A stretch of DNA of 63,614 bases, counting the filler, from Choristocarpus tenellus KU-1152 (lineage: Eukaryota; Protista; Phaeophyceae), in NCBI GenBank assembly GCA_964200185.2. It is 8 parts of 8 records of this genome, joined end to end, with 100 filler letters (N's around TTAATTAATTAA, not from the genome) between each part and the next. Parts side by side here need not be neighbours in the genome. Positions count along the whole stretch, not along the records: positions 26,405 to 33,792 come from CAXNAD020006232.1; positions 33,893 to 37,927 come from CAXNAD020016562.1; positions 38,028 to 43,339 come from CAXNAD020011189.1; 5 more parts are not named here. One strand, written 5' to 3'. The notes beneath the pieces are model-generated. The model was not told where the DNA came from. It made no database searches and saw only the letters and a program-made list of their open reading frames with translations. Positions 26,783 through 39,879 of this stretch are shown here, one piece after another; position 1 is the first letter of the stretch, and every line of letters begins with the position of its first letter. The position numbers and the translations under genes are program-made.

Positions 26783-27528
26783 GAACACTGAATTTCACAT
26801 CACATCATTCTGGATTGAGCAACCAAGAATACTGAATTCACGTCGCATCGTTCTTGACTGAGAGATAAATGACCTCAGTTACAACAGAATTAATGCATTG
26901 GTGCTTTACAGGACAACCACACCTATCCATAACATAGACTACGCATATCACTCATTGGTGCTTTGCAACACCATGATTCCTCATCGCTCGTAGTGTACGC
27001 ATTTTACTTGCATATACGATGCATTCGATTCAGGTTTCAACACTGTGTGTCCCAAATGCGGATCCATCTCCCGCATATCTCACGGTACCAGAAACTTAGC
27101 TGGAAAGCATTGCCACCTGCGCACTCTTTACCTTCATGTGCCTGCAGCAGCCACATGATAAAATATTATCCTGTGATCCTTGAAAAGTGAGGGCCAGGAA
27201 AAGTATCTTTGATTAAGGACTACCATCCGACCATCACCTTGTGGACTGTTCTGCAATTGTACCAGAGATGTGATGTCATGACACAACACAGCATACTCTT
27301 GTCATCTAGGAAATAGTACTACACACTTGTAGTCCCTCTTTTACCGCCTAGGTTGCACATTTCAATAAAGAAAACACTGATTTCACAACATCATTCTTGA
27401 CTGAGCGATCAATGACCTCAGTTACAACAGAATGAATTCATCGGTGCTTTGCAGCGCTATGAATTCCCTTTGCATCGCAAACTGCGCATTTCACTCGAAA
27501 GCACGATTCATTCGATTCAGGTTTTTAA
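26783..27528 (+). repeat. Imperfect direct repeat pair (~26783-27040 and ~27372-27528)
   Basis: Shared blocks aacactga.ttcaca, ttcttgactgag, aatgacctcagttacaacagaat, ggtgctttgca, cattcgattcaggttt. Confidence 0.75.
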
Positions 27529-27639
27529 CTCTTTAGATTCTCAAAGATGCTACCAATGTTACGAAGTTCCCCACTGTTACCCCCCATGGTCTAAAGGAGG
27601 GTGTTGTATACATACCACTTGTGGAAGAGAACTGAACTC

Positions 27640-27830
27640 CCTACGTGGCAATTGAAAGGCACGCTTCTCCGAAAGAGACTAAAATGATCGAAGTAGAGGT
27701 TTAAGCACCTGGAGAACTCGACAAAATCAAACCATCTTCTTCAGCATGGGCTGCGGGAGTTTTAGCTCTACTAAGGAACGATCGGACCTGGGGTTGTGCA
27801 CAGACTATAGGATTCTCGATGATCTCCCGT
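27640..27830 (+). mobile_element. Ty3/Gypsy RT N-terminal fragment
   Basis: MIEVEV*..ELDKIKPSSSAWAAGVLAL..DRT..LCTDYRILDDL matches the Gypsy I.PS.S.WA..V..V.KKDG..RLC.DYR.LN motif. Confidence 0.75.
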
Positions 27831-28829
27831 ACTCCAGGTGTGTGGGATCAGATGTTAATTTCCCGCAGTCCATGCTGAAGAGGATGGTTTGATCATGTCA
27901 GGTTCTGTAGCTGCTTAAACCTCTGCTTTGATCATTTAGCCTCTTTCGTAGAAGCGTGCCTTTCAATTACCAAATGGGGAGTACAGTTCTCATATATATA
28001 CAAGTGGTGTGTATATACTACCTCTGTCCCATAAGTCTGGGCCGTTAAGTTGTACCTCTTGAGGATGACCTTCAAAGAAAAAATGAAAGGTGGAGAAAAC
28101 CTTATCACGATACGCACTACTGGCCGTCACTGGTGACTCTCCAAGGAGCAATGTATTAAAACATAAGCTACAACCCTAACCCTAGGACGTGCAACTAATG
28201 CAACCTCCCTGACCCTAAACCTGACCCTAACCCTAAACCTAACCCAAAGGTCAAAATGCAAATGTAGTTGCTCCTTCTAATGACTTACCAGTTTTTTGTA
28301 CAGTCACAAGTATGTACGATATGGTGAGAATAAATGGCAATGTTCAGTGTGCAGAATAAGAAATGAATTGCAGTAGTATTCAACAGAAAGCATTCGGGAC
28401 AATGGTTCTTGTCTTGTCGGGATATTTGTTGAAAATTGGTCATAGATTAAAAGTCCACATGTTCGAAACGTTTTTTTTCTAGATTGTGGAGTTTTCTGGG
28501 AAGTTGTAAGTGCTTCCTTCATGTGATTCTGTCTAGAAACAACAGGTGCTAAACCAAGCCCTACCATCTCTAATAATATCACTCTTCTTTTCAATCATCT
28601 CGTCACGCTTCAGCAATGGAGAGAATCGTTTGATGCTCCCATCTCTTTCTTCCTTCTTCCATACTGACACAAACAGCGGGCTAATTATGAACGTTAACCA
28701 GCATACAAGTTGGGCAACACAAGTTGCACGACAATTACCACCACCAACTAAACAGATTTCACTGCTTTGGAATGGAAAGTAGCACCTTACCAACCATTAC
28801 AAGAAGTGGTCCCAGCATCTGCCTCTCTG

Positions 28830-31800
28830 TTAATGGACTATGGCACCTGGTTCAGCAGAAACAACTGACAGATTGTGGCTTCCATGCAGATATTTCACTC
28901 CAGGAATGGGTTGAATACTATCTGGATCCAAGAAAACCTTTATCGCCAATGCCTGTAGAGATATCAAATTTGAATGCATTTGCATCGGGACGGTTTGCCT
29001 GCTGTCATCTCCAATCAGAACTTCAATATTAAAGAAACAACAAAATCCTGCCATGTATTCTACCATTTGTTGTATCACGAAAATATTTGTTGATGAACAG
29101 TATCGAGAAAATCATGTCTGACCTGAATAGTTGAATCTCCCCAACGATAAGTATAGACCCCATCAGACTCAGAAATATGATACAGATACTTTTGAAATTC
29201 AGGCCTCATCCATAGCTCAACCTGAACAAAAAATATCAGCATGCACAGGTAAAAGTTGGTTGCAAGGCTTGATGACTCCACACATACAATAAAATCTGGC
29301 CTACTACTGCTAGAACCTGTCCCTAGCAACTTGTTGCCTAAAGGAGTGACCATACAAATCCACAGCTGCACCAGCAATTATATACAGGTACAGGGGAAAA
29401 CAATCCCTCTCATATTCCACTAGTGCTAGACAATACCGTGAACATTGATACTAAATGTAATGTAGTACATCCGTTCACATTTTTCAAAATCAAATCAGTG
29501 CAGCATCATCCAAAGATTGAAATTTTCATCTTTATGACACACGTAGCAGTATTAGGCCAAGAGTAGCAAATTGCTGCCCTGTGTTAGACACTTGTGGGCA
29601 GGATGACATCATGACATGAATGTGACATGAATATGATAAAATCAGTTCCAGTATTATACCATACCGTTATTGTTCTATTGTTATTATGAATACCAGTCTC
29701 CCCCCCTGCACTATGTCATCCACAGTTTGGATCAATATATTTTTTTCATTGATCAAAGTAGTTCAGCTCAACTAAGAACAGTTTTTCAAGTCTCTCCACC
29801 ATGCACCTTCAAAAGGTTTGGAACCTGAGCTCTAGAGCGAGTGGTAACATGTTCTTACTTCCAACTACACCATTGTGTCCTATCATTAATAGTATTGTCA
29901 TGGCCATGTCCAAAAATTAGTTTATCCACTCTGTACACCATTTCTCAACTGGCAATAACAAGAGGAAAAAGGGCAGCATTTTAGTATTCACCCCTGCACT
30001 CTCACCTTCGAAAGGTTAAAATTGTTGTAGAAGTTTTGTTGGTTAATATTTTCCAAGCCACACTTGGCCTGATCACCGCAACTTTCCATGAAACCCTTTG
30101 TAAATGCTGGGAGTGTCTTAATAGATGTCCCATGTGACTCCCATTTGGACATTATATATCTTGCACCACGCAAAACCAGGGTAACAAGGGACTTGAGAAT
30201 AAAATGACTTGTGTTCACATAGTGGTGGTGTGTTGCCAGAGTCAAAACAATAAAATTAACAACTGGAAAAAAATTCCATCAAAGTCCACAAGCTCAAAAC
30301 AGACTACAACTATGCAGCTAAATAGAAAAATTTCCTTGGAAGACGGACATATAAATAGGTATAAATTCGATGAATAAAAATTATATATATTGTACACAGC
30401 TTGATATTCAACAATCAATGTGCTTTGTAGAGGTCTTCATATAAAGCAAGCAAGACATGGTCAAGTGGCACTTTTACAGAAGGTTGACTTGTATTGAATT
30501 AGTACTAGATCTTACAGGAGGCAATACAAGGGAGTTGTGACTACATGTACAAATAACGCCCAGAGCCCAGATCCAGTTGCAGGTTGACATGGTTGTTTTG
30601 CATCCCTTTGCTTCAATTAGACTTCCACAACAACCAGAAATCGTGCGCAAGTCAATCATAATTTTTTTATTTTTCGAGTATTGTGATTCCTCACACTATG
30701 CACAAATCCTCCAGAGTACAGCAGAAGACTGACAAGAGACGAATAAGAGGAGTACTGCCCTTATTCATTTCTTATGACACTGCCTACATTGCACCTTAGC
30801 ACTCGGTTAACCATTAGGAATATTATCCTGTGAGTAAAAATCTAGACACACGCACACCCCTCTTCATATTCTTCATGTCCTCTCCAGGTCATCTACCAAT
30901 ATGATACATGCTAGACTAGTATTTGAACCAGGGTTTAAATAAAAACAAGTATGTATCATAACAGAGATCGAACTTCACTAAATACCCTTCAGCAATAAAT
31001 AAACTGTGACCTTCCCAGAGATGTATGATGGGGTGCAGCTCACAGTGAACAACTCTTGGTGCAGTCATCTTATTCTTGAAGCATGTAAAACGAACTTACC
31101 TTAAGCTGCGTCAATATATGTATATATTAACAAAATGAAAAAATTGAGGGAAAGACTACATAGCCTTTATGATCAAAGCACATTTGAGGAGAAAGCATCC
31201 TACACACACAACTTAGCTGTCATTAGCCTGGCACAAGTTTGGGCTTGCTTCTATTAAAATGAGTCGAGCCTCTAGCCAATATGCAATAAACTCTCTTTCA
31301 AGTATGTTTGGTCGGTTATCCACCTTCCCTTTCTCACCCGTACTCCATGTAAGGGGTGGTCTCGAAGTAGTTCAGGATGTCAGTAGTAGTAGACTCCACG
31401 TCGAGAATGTTATCATCATCCATTCTCCAATAAAAATCATAGTCACAGAGTCCACGGAAAAAGAGAAGACTGAAAAACTCACACATTCCTTTGTATCTGA
31501 AAGGAAGGGTCGAGGTTAGGGTTGAAGGGTGAGAAGGTTGCAGCAAGGTGGAAACATCAATGCCGGGCATGTTGAAGGTCATCATGGTATGTAAAGTGTA
31601 GGTTGCCTTTCACTACGTTTTTCTATATATAAGCACCAATAGTACAATGAAAAATAACTGTAACAACTACTACAGTATTGATTCAACTCAAAGTGTGATC
31701 AATTACTTTTGTAGCATGTCATCCGTTGCTGGTTTCGCGCATAAAAAAAATGTATGATCACGTTATATATATCATGCAATCATAACCACTTCAAATAGTA

Positions 31801-32655
31801 GTGGCAATAACCAACATCACATGTAACTCATATTTTAACTGGTCAATCAAATGATCAAATATAGTGTTGTGACTATCAAGCAACAATTCGTTAGTGCACA
31901 TCTAATTTGGTCTAAGCAATTTCACTAACTCAATCGATTAAACACATCTTTGTGTCGCTGGCAAGGTGCCAACTGGTAAAAGCTAGAGGCCCCTCGGAGG
32001 ATGAGGAGCCCCAGCCATCGCATTTTAATTTGTACTTAGCGCTCCTGCGTGTATGCTCTATCTCTACTACCAAAAGCAATATCTCCTCCCTCTTCTGAGA
32101 CAGACTATTAACCCATACATGTTTTGCTCAAGAACAACCCAAGAGTATGTTGCTGAAGGGTTGAAAAGAGAGTTTTATCATGAAAGTAAGACAGTTACCT
32201 TAAGCCAATATTTTTAGGGAACAGGCAAGAAACATATAATACACAGTTTGGTTAGAATACACAACTATGACCCTCGAATCTGAAAATATAGGTTTGGTTA
32301 CACACTGCTGATATGACTGGATTCTTCCTGTGTTCCGATTGAAGCTTCCCTCTTGGCATCGGAGGTGAGCAAATATGACCAGGAATGGAAATTAACTATC
32401 TTTCTCTCCACCACTTGAGCAGGCCATTGAAACCTCCCCTAGCAAATGCGAGGATTCATTTGCGAATCACCTTAAGGAAATGCTACCATTTTATGTGCTA
32501 TGACAAACACTCAAATACAACATCACCCACCCGTCCAGCCTTGAGTTTTTTGGATGGGAGAAACCTCCCAGTTCCCTCACATCTTTGAATAGCACTCGGT
32601 GCGGCTCCGTTATCGCCGCACTGATCAATTCCATAGCTGATTCTTGCAGGTTGCC
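28830..32655 (-). CDS. Glycosyltransferase family 15 (Kre2/Mnt1-type alpha-1,2-mannosyltransferase), 5' part unresolved
   Basis: Phase-consistent exons 31338-31496 (YKGMCEFFSLLFFRGLCDYDFYWRMDDD), 30006-30159 (YIMSKWE..IKTLPAFTK..FYNNFNLSK), 29123-29221 (VELWMRPEFQKYL...GVYTYRWGDSTIQ), 28830-28952 (ALAIKVFL...YLHGSH, TAA); probable upstream exon 32581-32655. Matches GT15 YRHMCRF / YYWRV / SNFEI / YERWGDAP motifs. Confidence 0.85.
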
Positions 32656-33067
32656 CTTTAACGAGTGTATGTCAAAAAAATAGGCAGTAGAGGGGGTTGG
32701 GGATGGGAGACTTAAAACAGATCAAGAAACTTTGTAGGTATTGAAGAAAAAATTATCAATGGCCTTACCATTTTAGGCCCTTTCCAACAGGAGAAAGAAA
32801 ATTTGTTTGAATAGAAAAAAATTATGGTCAAATATTCAAAATCTTGGCACCTGACATAGAGGTATCTATTCACAAATAACGGGCTCTGTGAGTGACGTTC
32901 TGGTGCAAAATATCCAATTGTTTGCAGGAAAGAATAAATCCAGTTGATTATCAACAAATGACTAAAAAAAGATACACATTTCTTTCAACAATTGAGTGTA
33001 AACATCTGACACTCCAATCAGATATTCATAATTTAATCGGCAGTTCAAAACAATTCTAGGGGCTCAC

Positions 33068-33271
33068 CAAACCTCATGGGTGATTCGAGATTTGTCTGCA
33101 ATTTGATTTAGTCCATTTTCTCTTGATACTGATATTGAACAGCCCTCTGGGTTCCTGTATCCTTCACATCACATGCACTGTCCTCGACAACATAATGACT
33201 CAATTTCCTCCTTAGCAATTTTTGCTCCAGAACAGCTCTCAATGACTGTGACCTCAATAACATCGACCGTC
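33068..33271 (-). other. Exon-like 204-nt segment with one in-frame TGA (possibly 5' part of the GT15 gene)
   Basis: ctccag acceptor and gtgagc donor; reads TVDVIEVTVIESCSGAKIAKEEIESLCCRGQCM*CEGYRNPEGC... Confidence 0.35.
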
Positions 33272-33775
33272 CTGGAGAATCGTCAGGACAGTACAGATTC
33301 CAAGTGCTATGACAATATCAATCATTTCATCCATGCCAAGTACATTACTGCAAGGAATGCACATGTTTTGCCATGTAAAATACAGAGAATCTAGTCTAAT
33401 TATATACGGGTGAAAAAGATCAAGTTAGTAATGCTCAATACATAATGGATAAGTCAAGATTATACTTTCGGCGGTGTTTCTTGTACCATCGTAAAGATCA
33501 ATCTACACGTATTAAATACATGGAAGGCAGTAGCGTCCAGCTTCTTCTCACTTATCACATCACAAGATTTGGGACTCTAGTTGCATCACTGAGATGATTG
33601 AAACATGGATTTTCTCCTATATACACACTGCTATTAAATCCAATGCAACATTATTGAAAGGCAAAGATGTAATGATAGGTTAGAACCCCAACCCATAGGC
33701 ATAAACTCCTACACAATAGTGTACTTACAAATCAAGAACTTTCTCTGAGAAGAGAGCAATAAAACACAATGGCGT

Positions 33776-33792
33776 GGGTCAAAGTATCTGGG
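33776..33792 (-). mobile_element. Sola2-like MITE subfamily B terminus at contig end
   Basis: gggtcaaagtatctggg, truncated by the linker. Confidence 0.6.
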
Positions 33793-33892
33793 NNNNNNNN
33801 NNNNNNNNNNNNNNNNNNNNNNNNNNNNNNNNNNNNTTAATTAATTAANNNNNNNNNNNNNNNNNNNNNNNNNNNNNNNNNNNNNNNNNNNN
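33793..33892. other. Artificial contig linker
   Basis: 44N-TTAATTAATTAA-44N. Confidence 0.98.
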
Positions 33893-34717
33893 TGTGTGTT
33901 AGTTAAGCATGGCTAGGGGAGGAGGGGGGGGGGATGGTTTACTCTTGTTTTCATGCTGTGATAGTATGTTGCAATGTGTGGTACATCAATATTATTTGGG
34001 TAGAGTGAGACTGGCAACATCGTCCCAGTTACGACTGCCTTGCCCTTGGCTCTACGAGTGTGTCTCTGCCAGGAGATTGGGATTCAGGGGGTGGGAGAGG
34101 GCTCTTGTGTTGGGCCTGCAGAAGCTTGCCCTTCTCTCTGTTGTTGAGGTGGTAATGTTAGAGCAATGAGCTTGTGCAATTCTGCGAGATGTTAGCACTT
34201 GCAATGTGGGCATTGTCTCTGAGCTCCGCCTTTGGCTGCCAGCAGTTGGAGGTTTTCTTGTGTTTTGATTTCATTTTTTGGTTTGTACAATATAATATCG
34301 ATGCCAACGGTCAGTAATCGTTTTTGGCGCACTTTTTTAGACCTTTCCCGGGCTATGGAGGAGTACATTCGAGAGGAGGGGGTAACGGTCACCTCAATAC
34401 AAATGGTTGGGAAAATGCAGCACCTTGCCTACAAGCTCTGGATGGGAGAGAGTTGAAGTGTTCTGCAAGGATCGGTGTCCCTATTCTATTCTACTGCATG
34501 GAAACATCTGGAATCCATGAACAGAGACTTTAGAGTGTCTACAGGGCTGTGTCGTTGTAGTTATCGAATTGTGTGTGTCACTGAGTGGTGGCGTGCGTAT
34601 ATCCTTCCACGTGTCTCTTTTGTTGTAGCACTTGATCTGCCGTCTGCCTTAGCCTTTTGGCTGTTTTCCTTATGGCCATTCCGCACCCTGTCCTGCCTGC
34701 TCCCCTGCCTCGTTCAG

Positions 34718-36333
34718 GGAAGGGGACATGCTGCTTCTGGACATGGGGGGGGAGTACCACTGCTATGCAAGTGATATTACATGCTCATTTCCTGCAGGAG
34801 GAAAGTTCAACCCCGACCAGCGAATGATATTCGAGACAGTGCGGGATATGGCCTTTGAGGTTATGGATGCAATGAAGCCTGGTGAGGGTGGAGGTGAAAA
34901 GAAGGTTGCAAAAGAGAAGCGTTTTGCTAATGTTTGGTATTGTCCCTAGTTTCCAAAGTACTCTCCGGTGGACTACTTGTTTAGTTCTAGAAGTAGTCAA
35001 CCCCCATTTTCCTCCTAAGCTGGAGAGGTGAAGGATCAGATTATGATAAGGAGATCATTTTTGTAGGCAGGGTCTTGTAAACATTTGAAGTATGAATACA
35101 ACATAGCTCAAGTTACTTTACAAACAGAAAATTAAGGTGTGTATGGCATACAGCTGTTAGTCAATGAAGAGTCCTGGCAAAAGAGGTGCTCAGGATATTG
35201 ATCCAAGTTTGCTGTTGGGTTGTACTGTTGTGTGAGCTGATTGACCTTGAGAGGGCTAGGTATTGCTCCCACTAGTACTGTGTAGCAGGGCGTTGGAACA
35301 CAAAGTGAAACAAAGGACTCTAGAGCACATGCATGAGTTTGCTCTTACAAACACAACGCATTGTGAGGGAAGAGGTCTCTTCTCTAAGATGTTTTAATTC
35401 CGACTTCTCCTGTGCGGGTTGACAGTGGAGCATTGTATCATCTCCCTATCCTGCACCCTTATGTCTGGACCGACTTTCCAACAGAGGAGTTCCAGTACGT
35501 AATACAAAGAGATCAATGCGTTGTATCTAACGTTAGTGCATTAGTACAGCATGTGAATGCGTCTTTATCTTTGTCATGAACGACTGGGCATTGCCCGTTA
35601 CCTTTTTGGAACTCCTTCCACAAACTAACAACATTGAAGCAGGGGCAAAATATCGTTACTTTTTTTTTTTTTTAAGGCACTGCTGTTCCCCGTCCCCATT
35701 TTTCCATTTGTCCCCTCCACCCTCCCTCCACCCCCCTGCCCTCACCCATCGAACAAAAAACACTTGACAATTTCAGGGGTTTCATGGCCATCTCTTCATG
35801 AGTTATCTTACCATATCGCCTGTGAGCGACTCAAGGCCGGAGGCCTATTGAAGGGGGAGGTGGATGACATGATGGCCGCCAACGTTGGGGCAGCGTTCAT
35901 GCCTCATGGCTTGGGACACCTCATCGGCATTGACACACATGATGTGGGGGGCTATCCTCCAGGGGGACGAACCCGAGATGCGCGCCCAGGGCACTCTAGC
36001 TTGCGGTGTGGCCGAGACCTTGCTGAAGGCATGGCCATCACAGTGGAACCTGGTATCTACTTCATCGACCACCTCCTTGATGAAGCCCTGGCAAATCCTG
36101 AGGTTTCGATCTTTTTGGTGCCTGAGGAGCTTGCACGATTCCGAGGATTTGGAGGTGTTAGACTGGAGGATAATGTGGTAGTTACAGCGAGCGGTGTGAT
36201 GAACCTCACGAACTGTGCGCGGACTGTGGAGGATGTAGAGGGGGTTATGTCCGGGAAGATCACCAGCCGGGATCAGCTGTTTTGTAAGTACTATAAAGGT
36301 GGAGGAAGGAAAGATGGGGCAAGTGAAGAGTAA
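34718..36333 (+). CDS. PEPD: Xaa-Pro dipeptidase (prolidase, peptidase M24B), last two exons (34718-34881, 35777-36333)
   Basis: LLDMGGEYHCYASDITCSFP, FMPHGLGHLIGIDTHDVGGY, ITVEPGIYF and GGVRLEDNVVV metal-binding motifs; GT-AG intron in phase; TAA stop. Confidence 0.95.
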
Positions 36334-36719
36334 GAAACAGTGCTGGTATTGTGATGGGAGCAGGGGGAGGGGAGGGGAGGGGAGGGGGGCAAATGTTTTT
36401 TTTTTTTAAGCTTTGGGTGTGGTGTTTGTACTCATGTGTAGTAGTAGTATCGAAAAAGGGAAAGATTAGCATTGGTATGCTTGCTTTACAAGCTGGAAGG
36501 GTGTAGTCACCAGCCATTGTTATAGGGCAAGGGTATTTATTGTGTTTATATTAACTCCTTCTACGGTTTCAGGTGTGCAGTTTTATTGTGGCTGAATTCT
36601 GGATGGTTCCTTTGTGAATGGCAGGGAATGATGTGGATGCTGACCTTTCTTGGCACTTTGTGTCTAGATTTTTTTCCAGGAGTTTTTCAGAGTTGGAGCA
36701 CAAGGCGACATGCCCTCAT

Positions 36720-36909
36720 CTGATTATCATCACTCACAAGTTCTCCATCCATTTGCTTCTTGTTCCGGACACACCTTTTCGTAATGTATACGTTGTACCT
36801 ACTCCAAAATATTTTGGAGTGGGTACAAATGTCATTAAAAACTTGTGTGAAGTCAAGTTCCAAATGGACAAACAGGGAAAAACTCGTATCCTCTGAGATA
36901 CTTTCAATC
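36720..36909 (-). mobile_element. Sola2-like MITE, reverse partial copy
   Basis: Reverse complement of the MITE left half (cttgttccggacacacctttt...ggacaaacaggg...ctctgagatactttcaatc). Confidence 0.7.
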
Positions 36910-37827
36910 CATGGGATGCCCCAATGCAAGTCTCCACAGGAATGAATGAATAGCGCTCTATTATGTGTCGAAGTCAGAACTGAAATCTACTTTCTGTTTC
37001 CAAGATTATGCGAGCTAGGATTGATCATCATGTCATTTGATGCTGCCATATTCACATGGAAGCAGTCACTGCATTTACCTTCCTTGGATGTTTGAAGGAA
37101 CCACCACATACCCACTAAAAATATGTACAATGCCCTAACCCTATAACCCTAACCCTAATGTTATATAACGCTATATGCCCTTTCTTGTTTCTAGAGGTAG
37201 TCTTTGGGGTGGCAAGTATTCTATGATATCAAAAGTGCCACAGAAGAAGAATGACTTTTAAGGTCAAACTGGTCACGATCAGAATCTGATCTATTTCAGG
37301 ATTGTTTAGGATTGTTCACTTACTATTTGACAGCCCCAAGGTCAGAAAGGTGGTGTTCACAAGGTAGGTGTTCACAAGGTTGTGTTAAGATGCATGACCT
37401 ATGGCTTCCCCGCCCATATGTGCATTTACCACCCCTGTATGCTGCAGTTAATGTGACCCGTGGCCAACTATATAATACAAAAACAGACTAATAACATAGA
37501 TGCTGCTACACTCTGGAATATTGGAGGGTTAGCACATCTTGCAAGTGTGTTTTTTTGAAAATCAACTTTACTATGCGATATGATGGCACTCGATACCCCC
37601 CCCCCTCTATTTGCACTGTACAATGCTGAGGAGCAATCCACTTGTTACGAACTTTCTTTAAAGTTGATCCAATTATGTACCAACAGGTGTAGGTGGAGAG
37701 AGATTCACAAGAAGCGTAAGCTAATCCAGGAAAGTGTTTAACTACTACTGTAGCTCTTTTGCTCCTGCCTTCCATCACCCTCATAGCTCTAATATGCCCC
37801 GTACAGCAGACCAGATATATTACAGTT

Positions 37828-37927
37828 GGTTCAAAGTATCTGGGGGGGGGGGGGGGGGTTGTGGTGGGGCGTCCGTTTCGGTCAAACAACTCTTTTTTAT
37901 GCTGACATTTCAAATCCGACACATGCG
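37828..37927 (-). mobile_element. Sola2-like MITE subfamily B terminus at contig end
   Basis: ggttcaaagtatct-polyG...gtccgtttcggtcaa. Confidence 0.65.
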
Positions 37928-38027
37928 NNNNNNNNNNNNNNNNNNNNNNNNNNNNNNNNNNNNNNNNNNNNTTAATTAATTAANNNNNNNNNNNNNNNNN
38001 NNNNNNNNNNNNNNNNNNNNNNNNNNN
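37928..38027. other. Artificial contig linker
   Basis: 44N-TTAATTAATTAA-44N. Confidence 0.98.
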
Positions 38028-38250
38028 CCCACTTACCACTCCCCTCCACCATTGAACACCCCTCAACCCCACACCACTCAACACCACTCCCCAATCATCC
38101 AAGAAACCTCCCTTGATCATCCCATTCCTACCGCACCTTTGAGCTAGAAGACACCTACCCCGCCCGAACTTGACCTCCCCTCCCACCCTAAAATCCAATT
38201 CGGTCGTGAGTAAGCGACAGGGCAGGTGGGCGGGAAAGCTTGCTCGGAGG
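38028..38250 (+). repeat. Dispersed repeat family B copy (contig start)
   Basis: Aligns by eye to 21330-21560. Confidence 0.7.
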
Positions 38251-38644
38251 TCATCTTTGTTCTAGCACCCCTCTCCTTGTTACCCCCCCTCAGATTTTCT
38301 CTTCAATTCAATACTGACCATCCCCTCATTCCTCGTGCCTCTGCCTGCCACTCGTTTCTTTAACCTCCCACTCGTTCCTTAACTCTTCGTACCTTCTTTG
38401 TTGATTCTTCTTTTCCTTCTTGTCCCCTTTCTTGACCCGTGCCCCCAACCAACCAGAATTCTTCCGCCCACAACACTCAGATTACTTCATAAACTTTCCC
38501 GTCTACTTCGGTGACGCCATAATAAACATTATATTGGTGGTGAAGGGTTTATGATTGCAGACATTCGATGTTTATAGTACAGAGAGGTATTTGTTGCCAC
38601 ATGAACACAACCAAGGTACTACTTCATCGTAGGAATGTATATAT

Positions 38645-38735
38645 ATTATTATGCCCTCTGACATTTTGCAGATTTGTCAGGGGGGAAACAAATGAAAACT
38701 ATTCGTATGTCAGTATAAGCCCTAAAGCGTGTGTT
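38645..38735 (-). mobile_element. Partial chromovirus LTR (3' end), reverse
   Basis: attattatgccctctgacattttgcagatttgtcagg...aatgaaaactatt...tgtcag, matching 42300-42375. Confidence 0.65.
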
Positions 38736-39257
38736 AATCATGCCCCATCATTGGGGTTACGGTTGATTCCATCCTATGTTTTCTTCTTGTTCGCCAAGGT
38801 GGTTTTCTTTAATCTGCTGGTTCAATCTTGGTCTTATATTGACAAAGAGGGGATGAATTCCTGGAACAACTCGCCATCTCCTCTCTGATAGCCGTGTGCA
38901 GGGTTGATCAAACAAGCAGAGTATTAGTCATGAAAAAGGAGTGCTTTTATGACTGTTGAAAGTCAAAGTAAGCGAGAGGTACTCAGGATTGCATTTTAGG
39001 AATGCTGACAAATATTCGGGGTTTTCTACAAATATTGCTTACAGGAAATTTCTGAATGCTGTCGAAAAGTTTCAAACAATAGAGAAATCAACAGTATCAA
39101 GTCAAACTTAGAACCTCACCCATAGAAATGTGGGTGAATTGCGAAAGATTGAAAACTGGCTTTAAATGCAAAACCACCATTACCTCTCGTTTACTTTGGG
39201 TCTGAGGGTCGTTCTTACTATACATCACCGTTCTTTTCCTCTAGCAACTGGCACTTC

Positions 39258-39371
39258 CACTCGGAGGGTGTTACTTGAACCACACCTGGGCAACCAAATT
39301 ACCCAAAACTCGCGACATGGAAAAGTAGACCCCGAACGGACAGCCGCTACCCCCCCCAGATACTTTGAGCC
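39258..39371 (+). mobile_element. Sola2-like MITE subfamily B right-end fragment
   Basis: ccaaattacccaaaactcgcgacatgg...gaccccgaacggacagccgctaccccccccagatactttgagcc. Confidence 0.7.
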
Positions 39372-39879
39372 AGTTAAATATAAGACCAAGTCAGACGGTG
39401 CAAAATATGTGTTATCCCCCCGTAGACTATCTTACAAGATCCACAATCTTGCTTGGCATTGCAAATAAGCAAGAAAAGATCGTGGCTAAGCCTCTTGTCG
39501 ATCGCATTTTTTTCCACCTTTGGTCATCGTGAAACACTCCACTCTGACCAAGGCAGAGAATTTTATAATAAACTCCTGTCTGAGTTGCGTAAAGTGTATG
39601 GATATGATATGACCAAGACAACGACATATTGACCGCAAGGCAATAGTATATGTGAATGTATTCATTCTACAATGCATGGTATGCTTTCCATGTATTCAAA
39701 TATGGATCAATCCGATAGAACCTTGTAACATAATACAGCCTATAACACCTCCATTTAGGAAACCCCACTTTTTCTCGTGTTTGGGAGGCACCCAATTTTA
39801 TCAATTGATCTTATTTTGGGGGTCCCTGAGACCACCCCATAACCGTACAAGAATACAATACGAGAACAGTGGAAATTTT

